Below are positions 23,461 through 36,000 of a stretch of 64,000 nucleotides of DNA, in pieces. The translations under genes and the position numbers were made by a program. A model generated the notes under the pieces. The model did not search any database. It was not told where the DNA came from and saw only the letters and a list, made by a program, of their open reading frames with translations. The stretch is from the NCBI GenBank assembly GCA_020891255.1, contig BQFW01000015.1, positions 1,984,001 to 2,048,000 of the forward strand, read 5' to 3'. Numbering within the stretch: the first letter of the stretch is position 1; every line of letters begins with the position of its first letter. The DNA comes from Entomortierella parvispora E1425 (taxonomy: Eukaryota > Fungi > Mortierellomycota).

Positions 23461-26185
23461 ATGCTCAGAGGCAACCCAAACTACCAGAGGTCGACAGCTG
23501 GTGGCGGCTCCACCGCTGGAACCCCTAATACAAAGCGTAACTCGGGCGTCCCTTCACCCTCAAGTCAACAGCAACCCCAAATCCTAGAGGCCGGTCTCTC
23601 GGCCTCTGAGCTTGCAAGAAAGCGTCAAGTTCGCAAGGATGATGCCATCCGCAAGAAACTGGACCAGGAGCTGGGACGTAAAAAGCCATCGACGCGTGCC
23701 CATGGGTCCACACGACCTGTCCAAGGAACCGTGGGATCTCTTCGGTAAGGAAATAATCCAATAACAAAGCAGAGCCAACAGAAAAAAAAGGAGAGTTGCA
23801 ACTTTGATTGAAAAAGGATAAGAGGACCCATTGTTTTCTGATAACAATGTCCATGTCTTATGTACGGTGTGCCTTCTCACGATAGCCCTTCTCCCGCGTT
23901 GACTCTGCTCGATTCTGCAATGATTGTCGACGCCGCAAGGTAAATGGACCTTTGAGTTCAAGCACAGAGAAACACGTTGCTGACCTTGTGGCCAATGTTG
24001 ATTCCACTGCTGACCTCTTGTCTGGTGTAAATGTTCATCTTGCTTGCGCTCAACAGAATTATGGCGGCAAAAAGGTACGCGGAATGGTGCCAACCAACCA
24101 AGAAAGGAAACTTTTTATTGTGGGATTCGCGCATTCAGCTCACAGTCGGACAACTAATCGCGACTCAATAGGGCTGATGCTGTCCTGGTGATTGACCGCG
24201 ACTCGAATCTTGTCGGTAAAGTGTCTGGGTCGGTCCAGAATATCTGGGGTCTGAGTGGCTATCAGAAGACTAACGATTTGGGTGTTGTGGTTGTTTTTGT
24301 CAGGTATCATGACGGATAAAGACCTGGCCTTCAGAGTCGTATCAGAGGGATTGGATATCCGCAGCACCCTCATCTCCCAGGTCATGACAAAGGTAAAGCC
24401 GGATCGGAATCAAGGACAGAAATTTAAAAAAAAAATGAGGATATCCTCATCTGACAGGAGGTTGCTTGTCCCGTCTTCTTTAGAATCCGTTTTGCGTGAC
24501 TACAGAGACCAATGCCACAGAGGCACTGAACAAGATGGTCAACGGGGGGTTCCGTCATCTCCCTTGCCTGAATGCTGATGGCAAGTGTTGCCTTTCTTTG
24601 AATGGTGTTGATGACATTTGTTGAATCGCTTTTAACGTCTCACTGCTAATAATAATTGTAGGCGATGTTGTTGGACTGCTGGACATCACAAAGTGCCTTT
24701 ATGAGGCTCTAGAAAAGCTTGAAAAGGCTCATCAATCATCGCAAATCATTGCAGATGCGTTTCACGGGTTGCAATCTGAATGGTCCCAATCCACCAACCC
24801 AGACTTGCAAAACATTGTTGATGCTGTAAGTCGAGCACAATCTACAGCACAATGGATGGGCTATGTTGAAGACTAAATGAAAATCAAGTATGCTGATCAA
24901 CTAAAACTGACCACTTCTCTGGGCTGTGACCACAGATGCGAGAAAGGATGGCATCTCCTGATCTCAACACGATCTTGGATCAACAACACGGAGTGGCAGA
25001 GATTCAGTCCAAAACATCTGTCCGTGAGGCATCCAGGATCATGAAGCAGCAGCACTCTACCGCATGTTTGATTACAGAGGAAGGCAGGGTCACTGGAATC
25101 TTTACAACCAAGGTACAGCCGAGATGGCAGATTCCAAGACCAGGGTACTCTGCTCTGAATTAAATCTCACGCACAGTGTCTTTACCTTCTTACTCTAGGA
25201 TATCGTGGTTCGAGTTTTGGCTGCAGGACTGGAACCAGATCGTACCTCGGTCATCAGGGTTATGACGCCTCACCCCGATACTGTCCCCTCGACTATGACA
25301 ATCCTAGAGGCTCTCAAGAAGATGCATGTGAATCATTATCTGCATCTTCCAGTAGTAGACGATCAGGATCAGATGGCAGGGCTTGTGGATGTCCTTCAAG
25401 TCTCGTTTGCCATGTTGAATCAGATGAACAGCATCCAAGGCGAGAATGTCTCTGCATCCGAGGGACCCGTCTGGAACAAATTCTGGGAATCGAGCTTTAC
25501 TCGTGAAGAAACTGGCTCAGAGGTTTCCGCTTCTGAATACCGTTCTGGAGGAGGTGGTGGTGGCATCCCCGGATCGGCCTCAGAGATGCAATTCGGAGCA
25601 AGTTTGATCGGCTCTGGTGTTCGCCTCAGTTCAGCCCTTGGAGTGGGAATATTGGATCAGGTAGCCGCTGCATTTACGTTCAAGTTCAAGGAGCAGAGTG
25701 GTCAAGTTCACCGATTCGCCTCGAGTTCAACATCGTTTACTGAACTACACGATCGTATCATGGAAAAACTTGGCATTACCGAGGCAAATGACGGAAGCAA
25801 CGTGGTCTTGAGCTATTGCGATGAAGAAAACGATCAGGTCCTCATCCTGCAGGACTCTGACGTGGTGGATGCTGTTCAGATGGCAATGCGACACCAATGG
25901 CCCCTCATTCGATTAACTGTCACGGTCTCCACAAAGGGGCAGATCGCGAGTAAGAGTTCCAGTCCCCCAAATAGCAATGCTGCCAGTGTGAAGGATGATC
26001 AGACCCCTGCTGTTAAAGAGCCAGTGAAGGAGGAATCAGTGGTAGCTACTCCAATCAAGAGTGTCACCAACAGTGGCATCGGTGGACTTAATCTGGCAGG
26101 ACTAGACCCAACACTGGTCGTCGGAGGCATTGGACTTGGACTGGGCCTTGGTATTGCATTGGTGTTTGCGCTGATGAAGAAATGA
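23461..26185 (+). CDS. CBS-pair + PB1 domain protein with C-terminal TM anchor (Mug70/CBSCBSPB-like), about 9 exons
   Basis: RKDDAIRKKLDQEL, IMAAKRADAVLV, IMTDKDLAFRVV, GFRHLP, LLDITKCLYEALEKLE, GIFTTKDIVVRVLAAGLEP, YLHLPVVD, PB1 FTFKFK...LSYCDEENDQV, hydrophobic C-terminus. Confidence 0.88.
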
Positions 26186-26361
26186 GTAGTTCAAGTCAAT
26201 AATAAAATGCTCCACAGACCGAACTGCGCAGAGATCACCCGAATTGCTTCTGAGCAGTGAGAGGAGAGGAGAGATCTTCCATGCATGCTCACACGCACAG
26301 GTAACGAACAGGGACAGGGACAGGCACAGGCACATGGCCTGAGACTCAAGATTGAAGGCCA

Positions 26362-26417
26362 GACAGCGCGCAGTGCCCCTCTGCGACAGCGCGGAGTGCC
26401 CCTCTGCGACAGCGCGG
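26362..26417. repeat. Tandem 23-bp repeat AGTGCCCCTCTGCGACAGCGCGG (2 copies plus a partial) upstream of HEM12
   Basis: Copies at 26372-26394 and 26395-26417. An ACAGG(G/C) hexamer run lies at 26308-26337. Confidence 0.9.
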
Positions 26418-26563
26418 CAAAGCCCCGAGGGCTGACGATGGGGGAACGGAAAGAGAGCCATTGACCCTTCACTCTTTCCCTTCCTTCCCTCCCGTCCTTC
26501 CTCCTTTCCTTTCCGCTCACTCTCTCCTTCTCTCTTATCCTCCCTCCAGACCAAGCTGCTCCA

Positions 26564-28052
26564 ATGATGCGCACAAGCATCGCATCCCTGGCGCTCGTTG
26601 TCGCTCTCCTTGCCAGCAATACCTCAGCTCTGCCCACCAGGTCTCAGCATTCATTCAGCACCCTTGCTTCGCACATGACAAACACTTCATTCCCTGCATT
26701 GCAGAATGATCTCATCCTCCGAGCTGCCCGCGGTGAAAAGACCGAGCGAGCACCTGTCTGGGTGATGCGTCAGGCTGGACGCTACCTTCCTGGTATGAAT
26801 GCTTTCTTTATTCCTCTCTACTCATTCAGAGATCTGATCACGATCACTTCTCTGGAAAGGAAAAAAAAAACGTGGACGCACCGACCTCCCAGCGTGTTTG
26901 TTCCATCCCATCCTCACTTGTCCTAACGTTCGTCGCCGTTTGTTTTCTTTCTACAAAAACAACAGAGTTCCGTGAAGTGAGTGCAGAGCACGACTTTTTC
27001 TCCATTTGCAGGACGCCTGAGCTGGCCACCAAAGTGACACTGCAGCCGATCGATCGGTACGACGGACTGTTGGATGCCTCCATCATCTTCTCGGATATTC
27101 TGGTGATCCCTCAAGCTTTGGGCATGGATGTCCAGATGATTCCTGGAAAGGGGCCTCACTTCCCCGAGCCCTTGGTCCAGCCTTCTGATATGTCCAGACT
27201 CAGAGAGAAGGTGGATGTCCACGAGGAACTTCAGTATGTCTTTGATGCCATCACCATGACTCGCCATGCCCTCGAAGGACGTGTTCCCCTCATTGGATTT
27301 GTCGGCTCCCCCTGGACATTGATGGTAAGTGTGTGTTGTTTGTGCAGTTGCAACGCTCGACAGATGGTATGTCTAATGATGCGGTGAATGGCCGCCATTG
27401 ACCGCTTTATCCTTATCGTTAGGCTTATATGATCGAGGGCGGTGGATCGAAAACACTCTCGAAAGCAAAGTCCTGGCTCTTCATGTACCCAGCCGAGAGT
27501 CAACAGTTGCTTCAGCGGATCACAGATGTCTGTGTTGACTTCCTGGTGGGTCAAGTCCACGCAGGCGCCCAGCTGCTTCAGGTCTTTGACTCTTGGGGTG
27601 GAGAACTCGGTCCTGCCGATTTCGAAAAGTTCTCGCGTCCCTACCTTCAGCAGATCGCCACCCGAGTCAAGGCTAGACTGGGACCAGAGGCTGCTGTTCC
27701 CATTATCATCTTTGCTAAGGGGTCTTGGTATGCTCTGGACAGCCTCTCGGAGAGTGGCTACGATGTTGTGTCGGTCGATTGGACCTTTGACCCCGCGCTG
27801 GCCAAGGCCATCACTCAGGGACGTGTCACTCTTCAGGGCAACTTGGATCCGAACGTTCTCTTGGGAGGTGACAAGGCCATCGTGGCCGAGACTGAAAAGA
27901 TGATCCGGGCTTTTGGAAGTACTGGAAAGTATATCGCCAATTTGGGCCACGGTATCCTTCCCGGTGTCCCTGTGGACGCTATGGGGTTGTTTTTGAAGAC
28001 GGTCCACCGCGTTGGCCGTGAGGTCGCAGCGGAGCAGGATGGCGAGCACTAG
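26564..28052 (+). CDS. HEM12: Uroporphyrinogen decarboxylase, 3 exons; alternative in-frame start at 26675
   Basis: [73 protein letters not shown]. Confidence 0.97.
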
Positions 28053-28112
28053 AAAGAGTCATGTGGACCCACATTTGTACAATAGCACCGAAACTGATTT
28101 AATGAATCATGG

Positions 28113-30099
28113 CTACTTTTTATCGTCTGTAGACTTTGTGCGAAGGTGCAGAAAGAAGGATTCAAAGAGATTGCGGTCCTGACCTAACGTCCAAGTCATC
28201 TCGACAGCACATGCAGCATTGGGGGTCGACGGAGGCAAAGATGAAGATGATGGTGATGGTGCAGTAGAAGAATTGGTCCCCTCTGATATCCTGATTTCCA
28301 CTTCCATTAGCACGGGCGCCTCGACTTTAGTAGAAGAGGAACTATCACCATCTTGGGATTCTTGAGCTACTCGTGCAATTGCTCTTCGGGCAGCACGAGA
28401 CCAAGTGTTTCGAGTGACTTCTGCCAGGATAACAGACCTGACCTTGGGTGATGAATGCTTCACAGTGAGTTGATCCAGCAAAGAGCATATCCGATCTATA
28501 GCCATCTCCACCGATATTCCGATATTCTCAAAAGATAGCTTTGTTTTAGGTGCCGACAGCTTTGCCAGCTTCGTTGAAGTCTGCTGCATAGATGCCTATG
28601 AGGACAGTTAGAAGTGGGATGAGTTGGTGCTCAAAGACATGGGTCTGGCCATAGACTTCGAAGAGTTTACCCAGGGAGCTCGTTCGTCTCCAAATGACCA
28701 AGCAACAGCCCATCTATTCGTCCTGCCTTGACGGAATGTGGTGAGGGTGTAGTTGAGAATCTATCAGACGCGAGGAGTTAGTTCAAATGAGATATGTAAT
28801 GTTCTCCTTGAAGCCACTGTGAGTTGTTGGTGATCATATACCTTGTTTTTCTTCAAATGCTCCACAACCTTATCGACCGAACTGCGTTTACCAAGCATGC
28901 TGGTATACCATCTAATGAATGGACAAAACGGGTGAGATGACGAAAGCTCGGGCCTTTCGTCTGCCTAGCATGAGCGTTCTTGTCTTACTGTATCCTAGCC
29001 TTTAGCTCGACACTTTCATCCACCATCTTTATCACAAATTGAGCGTCGCCGCCAGCAGTGATCATCTCATTGGGGGTTCCGAGACACAATGCAGAAGGCT
29101 TGTCGTCCTTTGCATCCGCACTTTCCTGGATATCCTGTTCGTCTTCGTAGAACGGGGGGTTACACATGCAAAAGGAATAGCTGTGGTCATGCCAATAAAC
29201 AGATGACGGCCGTTAGTACATCTATCCACCATCTACATCGAACGGATTAGACTAGTCCTCAACGACCCATTTTCTAATGTTACCTCTTCAGGGGCTCATC
29301 AAAGAGTGCATCAGGAAAAATTTTGTCCGACGGATTCTTAAGGATGGTGACGACTTCTTGTAATTTGTTTCGACTGACATTCTTGCTTGCAAACGAGATG
29401 GACCTATCGTTGATATCTGTACACATCCACAATAAGAGTCGATTAGTAATTTATTCTCTTCCTTCTCCTTTGTTTGACATTGGTCGCCGAACCAAGCTGA
29501 AAAAGCAACAAAAGAGAAAGGAGGTAAACAAGAGATTCACACCTGTGCCGATCATCCTCCAGTTCTTGTTCCTGACGCAACCGAGTAATGGATATATGCA
29601 TGAAGCACCTGTGCCACTATCAGGTGGAACGCGAGGTTGTCAGAGATACAAATCGGAATAGTTGCCCTTGTATGGAACAACTGGGTGGAAACTTTACATG
29701 TCTATGCCTGTAATTTCTCGCTTCGAGTCGTTATGTAATAGGTCTTCGATCCAGCAGATGTAATTCATTCGATTTGGGATCTAATGTCGCGAGAGAGTTA
29801 CCCAACCTGTTAGGGTAAAAGTTACCGGCTGACCCCATCCAAGATAACACCACTTACTGTTGGACAAAGAGAATCCAGAGGGATGTCAAGATCGATTGAA
29901 AAGTCCCGCTTCAAGAGACAATACGTGAGCTCCCTGAAAATGAAAATGACGCGTCTGTTAGTCGCGTCCCTTGGCATCCTTTTTTTTTCTCGTACAAGAA
30001 ATGTAACTACCTTAGCGCTTCTGGATCCCGAAAATTAATAGAGCCACGCGGTAATACCTCAGGGTCACCATCGCTCTTTTCTTGAGAAACATGGACCAT
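28113..30099 (-). CDS. METTL16: METTL16/RlmF-family (U6 snRNA m6A) RNA methyltransferase, about 9 exons
   Basis: Spliced: INFRDPEALRELT, LCPTIPNRMNYICWIEDLL, GIDIGTGASCIYPLLG, FCMCNPPFY, WYTSMLGK, FRQGRTNRWAVAWSF, NTWSRAARR. Confidence 0.9.
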
Positions 30100-30402
30100 G
30101 ACACTATTAGAACCGTCAATCGAATAGTTAAATCAAGGTCCCCCCAAGTTGACCAAGAAAAAATATTGGTCCAAAAAATAAAAATAAAAAATGAAATAAC
30201 ATACTAGGGCTCGAGTGAAGGGTAGAGTCCTGCCAAACTCAAAAAGTCTGGAGGGTTGTTGAAGTAAGGGTTGGAGGGATGCATCCCTGTTGCGGATTCC
30301 AGCTTTCGTTTCGCCATTCCTTTGCGGCCAAGAGTCCAGAGGAAGGAGTCGCAAGAGAACGAGAAAGGGGCCAAACTGTGCCAATATATAAAAAAAAATT
30401 GA

Positions 30403-30440
30403 TGACGTCACGCTTCACGTGCTTCACGTGGGGGTATAAA
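30403..30440. promoter_or_regulatory. Motif cluster in the METTL16-SWC4 divergent promoter: TGACGTCA, two CACGTG, TATAAA
   Basis: TGACGTCA 30403-30410, CACGTG 30416-30421 and 30425-30430, TATAAA 30435-30440, 77 bp upstream of the SWC4 ATG. Confidence 0.6.
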
Positions 30441-30516
30441 TACCTGCAGCCAGGCTGCATCCATCCGTCTGCAGTTAATCCTCTTCTTGAATCCTTCGCT
30501 GCATCTCACCCTCGGC

Positions 30517-32697
30517 ATGGCCACAGGCAACGACGTCCGTGAGATCTTTCAGCTCTCAAAGTCTGACCAGGTCAAGCGTGTGCACAAGACTGAAAAGAAG
30601 CCAGGTAAATTCTCGATGAATGGACTGTGCGTCTCTGTTTGTCTCTCATATAGACCTTGCAACTAAACAAAACAATCGTGCTGTGCATTTCCTCATGTAG
30701 ATGGCATCAGTCGCGAGCTCTATGGCCTCATTGGAAACAATGTCTCGACAGTCGCATTCAACAATCCAACTTATAAACCAAAGCTAAATCTCAGCACAAA
30801 GGCCGTCAATTGGTACTTGTCTCTTTGCATTACTGTGCCTGCTGCAACCATCGTATGGCTGTCGCTCTTTTCCCTCCTTACTGACTGTTGCATGACTCTA
30901 TAGGACATGGCGCCCATTTGTCAACCCCTCAAGAGACGATGATTTGATTTTGCATCACTGGGAAAAGACTCGGACAGACCCCAACGAGGAATATCGCTTT
31001 TACAAGTTCAACAAAGCCATCAACTTGAACGAGTTCACTGCAGAGGAATACAGGTCGCATTTGCAGGACCCGGACTGGACATTGGAGGAGACCAATTATC
31101 TCTGGGACCTTTGTCGACGATTCGATCTGCGCTGGGTAGTCATTCAGGATCGGTACGAGTGGCCACCTCAGGAAGTGGATCGGATAGCGCTTCAGTACTA
31201 CAATGGAAACAAGCTTGTGGGAAAGAACGGAGCAGATGCTTCGACTGAAAGTTCTGTAGCGGCAATCACTGCTCCTACAGGAACTGACACCATTTCGCCT
31301 AGCTTGCTGCAACCATCAGCTATTTCATCCGACTCTACATTAGCGGGCACCTCTACGACAACAACACCGGCGGCTCCAACACCGACCGATGTCTCCATTA
31401 GTAAACCTCAGGAAGGCTCCGAGAGCGCTGCTCCCACACCTTCTACAGATGTTGTGGCTTTTACCCCAGCAAAGACTAGAACCATGGAGGATCTTAAAAA
31501 TCGCTACTACACTGTCAACCGGATACTTATCAAGGCTAGGATGACAGACGGGTCACAAGCCATGGAGAAGGCACACTTGTTGTCGTCCATGAACTATGAC
31601 CAGTCTAGAGAAGTCGAGCGAAAGAAGAACCTCGAAATTTTGAACACCAGGACACCAGAGCAAATTGAGGTAATGTGGTCATATTGTCTTTTATAAAAGA
31701 CCCTCTTGCCATTGAGGAGTATGCTATATCCTAACATCTGTTTGTTTTCCTGGGCTCGTAATAGGAAGAGGAGGCGTTGTATCTGGAAGCTAGGAGAATT
31801 GATCAGAACGAGAAAAAGATTTCGAGGGAGAGGGAGAACCTGCTTCGATTGCTCAACACCAGAGACATTTACGGACCAGGAGGACCAGCATCTGCAGGAT
31901 TGACGCCTGGAGGCTCGCTGGCAGCAGGCGGACCAGGGAGCGGCATCATTATACCCAGCAACTCGATCACAATCCCGTCCTCGGGCCCAGCCAACAATGG
32001 AGCCAACGGCCCCATTTCGCCTTCTTCCAGCAAACCAGCTCTCTCGAATTCAGCTTCTGGAGCATCTGTCAAGAAAAAGAAGAGACCACCAAAGGGCTCA
32101 ACTCAGGCAGAGGAAGCTGCTGCCGCTGCTGCCGCTGCGGCCTCTGCAGCTTCTTCAGCCAAGGGATCCTCCAACAACCGTCGACTCTCAAATTCCTCTG
32201 TCGATGGGTCTTCTTCAAATTTGCCTCAGGGCGTGCAGGTCAAGAAGGAAAAGTTGACGCCAGGCGCATATCTTCGTTCTCAAAAGATGACGCCTATTGT
32301 CTCGACAAAGCAGCAACGACTTCAGGCGACCTTGGTGCAGCTCGGGTTGCCACTCAAACCAGCCATGCCCACTGTGAACGTGATGGCCAAGTGGGACCAA
32401 CTCCAGAACAACATTGTGACTCTTTTGGATCTGAAGAAGCAAGTCGACAAGCTGGAATCCGACTTGAAGGTAGTCAAAATCAGACGTGGCAGCGGATCTG
32501 GAGTCAACCTCTTCCCAGCTTCATCCAGTGCGTCAGCAGGAGGTGGCAGTGGTTCCAACTCAAGTTCGGCCCTCTCCTCTGCAGCAGGATCTGCCACCTC
32601 TCTTACAGGCCTGGATGGAAGCCATAGCGTGAAGCGCGAGGGCACCGTGGATGATGCCTTGCCAGGTCAAGTCAAGAAAAAGAAGAGAAAAGAGTAA
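30517..32697 (+). CDS. SWC4: SWR1/NuA4 subunit Swc4/Eaf2 (DMAP1 family), 4 exons
   Basis: KPDGISRELYGL, WTWRPFVNPSR, LILHHW, YKFNK, SANT-domain WTLEETNYLWDLCRRFDLRWVVIQDRY, RTMEDLKNRYY, PAMPT. Confidence 0.95.
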
Positions 32698-33000
32698 AGG
32701 CGTGTCTTTGTTTTTTTTTTCTCTATCATTTCCATTTTTTTGTATAATAATATAAATCGCATCATCCACCCTTCTTCTTTGTTCCTCCTCCGTCATCGCC
32801 CTCTTGTGGTCAAAGTTGTGGATGAGATTGAAATCAAAATATATTTTTTTTTAGAATGGATAATAAGCTATGAAGATGCAAAAAAGAAGTCTAGAAAATG
32901 AAATTGTGTGGTTGTGTTATACAAAGTGATGAGAATGGATGAGGAGACAGAGAAGAGGAAAGAAAAAAAGAGTTGCTTTTTGTCCTTGCTCTTTTTGTTT

Positions 33001-36000
33001 TTACTCGACTCTGCGCTTCTTGATGGTGGTCAAGCGGATCTTGTCCTTTGCAAACTCCTTGGTCTTGAGCTGACGCTTGCGAGACTTCATCTCGTTCTTC
33101 TGGATACGTCTGCGAGCACGGGCCTCGGGGTCGTTGATGGCCTGCATGACACGCTTCTGCTTACGCTCCCGACGGACCTCCAGAACGTGCTGACGGACAT
33201 TGTTGTAGGCCGCAAAGTAGTCGGTGGTACCCGCACGCTTCTGGACCAGATCCAACACCTCGGATCCCAACTTCTTGAGTTCCTCTACAAAATCATCAAA
33301 AAAAAAAAAAAAAAAAAAAAAAAAGGGGGGAGAGAACATGTTAGATATCTATTCAACACTGCAGTCATGTTCCATTCACAAATCCACATTGAAAATAATT
33401 TCTTACCAATTTCGTCACCCTTGGCCGTCTCGTCATTCACAATGCGGTAGATGGGTGCGATGATGGGGATCAAGTAGGGCTTGAGCTCCTGGGTATGGAT
33501 ATGGGTGGTGATGGCGGCCATGGCCTGGAAGATACAGGTCTGCTGGATCACCGACCTGTTGTTGTTGTTTCTCATGGCAGCACCACGCGAAAGGAAGGAC
33601 AGGCGCTTGATCAACCAGTACAGAGATCTCTTCACGGGCAACTTCTCCTTGGTCTTCTTGTCCTCGTCCTCTCCTTCTTCCTCTTCCTCCTCTTCCTCCT
33701 CTTCCTCCTCGTCGTCTTCCTCCTCCTGCTTATCTTGAGCAATTTCGAGCTCATCAGGAAGGGCATAGAAGCACTTTGCGATAAAGAACAAGTTCTTGAC
33801 AATCTGACCACCCAGGTCCTTGGACAAGAACTCACTCTTCAATTGCTCGCACAACTTTTGAGCCACAGCCTTCAACATCTCGGGCGACAAGACAAGTTCG
33901 GGCGAAGAGCCGTCCTGAGGGGATCGGGTAGCAGGGTCAATGCCAGCAAAGAAGACACCAAAGAGGCGTGTAGCCGACAGACGAACCCAAGCGTGAGGGT
34001 GCAACATGTGCTCACGGATCAAGGGCCACAAGGTCGTGACCTCGGTCGAGTTGATCACCGAGGGGAATTGCTTGACCAGCTTGGTAAAAGTGTTGAGGGC
34101 ATAGTAACCAACCTCCCACTCGGCATCCAAATCCATGGCATCCTGTCCCTGGTCCTCAAACTTGTCCACCTCGGCCGCTTGCTCCTGAGCTTCCTCCATG
34201 ATCTGCAAGCTCGACTCGAGCGCAAATCGGAGACGGGGCACCAAAGATGGAATCTGCTTCTTGAACGCAGGACCAAAGGCCTCGATCGCGAGACCATAGA
34301 CCTGAGAGGCTGCACGCTGGAGGGTGCGCTGCTCCGTCTGATCGAACCACTTGGCCAAAAGCACATACGAGTTGTCCAGCTTCTGTCGGTTCATTCTCTG
34401 CAGCAAAGACTTGATCAATGCACCGGCCATCTCGCGACACTTGCTAGAGTCATCGTTGACGAGCTGCATCACCAACGCCAAGAAGAAGAGCTCGGCGTAC
34501 TCCATCAAGACCTCATCCGCAAACTTTTGGATAATAACGTGCATCATCTCCATCACGGACTGACGACCGCTCTCAAAGACATAGCTCAAGTTCTTGACCA
34601 AGAAGTTCATCTGGTTCTTCAGACGACCACGACCATGTGGGTAATCCAACAAGAACTGAAGAAGAGCACGACGGCACTCCTCGCGGGCCTGGTGAGACTG
34701 GGAGGTGACCATGATGCTTGCAATGTTCTCCATGATATCGTACATCTCAGGAACCACAAATTGGCGCGAGACAATGGCACGAATCAACGAGAACGTGGTG
34801 GTCTGTCTCTCGGGCTCCTCGAGATCGGGCTTGATCATCTCCAACAGGAAAGTCAATTGGTTCGATTTGAGCTCCGTCTCCTTGACTTCACGAATGGCAA
34901 TGGCCAACATGCGGAAACAGTTCTGGGCCAGCTCGGACTTGGACGAGTTTTGAGCCTTGAGGAGAACAAACGTCTGCTTGAGGACCACAGGCAAGTTCTT
35001 GGTGAGGGAAGGCAGCTTGAGTTTGGCCAGGATACACATAATCCTGAGGGACTGCTGGATAACGTCGGGGTGCTTGGCAAACACACCGTTACCAACAATC
35101 TCAACAAAAGGATCAAGCAACGACAGCTGCTCAGGTGAGCGCACATCAAACTTGTTGCGGGTCAAGGACGCACGGAAAATACCCAGACCAAAAGCGACAA
35201 AACGGTGAGCGTTGGCGGGGAAGCAGTCCATGGTCATCTGAGTAGGGCGTCGAGTGTCGACCGTGTAGTTGATCTCCTGGCGCGACTTTTCCTTCTTGAC
35301 TTCCTCCTTGGTCTTGGAGAGAGCGAGATTCTGGGAAATGAGTCCGTGACAGAAGATGAGCATCTCCTTGGTCTCAAAACGAGGGTTGTTGTTGAGGCCT
35401 GTTGCCAAGCGACGCATCACTTCGTCGACCTTGCGCATGACCTTCACAGCCTCTGACTCGCTCAAGAGTTCCTTGATAGGGATCATGATAAGACCCATGT
35501 TCTTGAACTCGATGATTCCGGCCATGAGCTCGAAAGAGTGGAAACTGAGGTTGCTCTTGGCTTCCTTCATCTTGCCAGTGATCTCCTCAGTCTCTTTTTC
35601 CACACCGGTTTCTCCAAAGATATCGTTGATGAGAACATCGACAATCTCCTTCAGGCAGTAGTCGAGGTCTCCAACCTGAAGCGTGGGCACCAAGTGGGTC
35701 AACATCGAGTGCAGGGTGAAACCGAGCACATGGAGTTGGTAACCTCGAAGGAGAGCACCCTTCATTTCCTTGAGAATGAAGTTGAAGTAACCAGCTCCGA
35801 GGAACATGGTGATCTTGACCAGGGTATCGCGGGTGGTATCACGGGCCTCTTGCTGGCGACTCTTAAGAATCTGGCAGACAGAGGTCAAAAGACCGGGGAG
35901 GTTGGTCCGAAGAGAGATGTCAGGGAGGGCCTTGAGCAACTTTGTAATGGCCAAAGCGACAGGGACACGGATCATGACACTAGCGTCGTCACGGTTGGTC

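Noticed and set aside
22936-23528. Several ORFs of repeating GRKE/PSFL
   Set aside because: Produced by the (CTTC)n microsatellite.
31170-31480. Ser/Thr/Pro-rich insertion within the Swc4 SANT region
   Set aside because: Low-complexity insert at a position that commonly varies in fungal orthologs.
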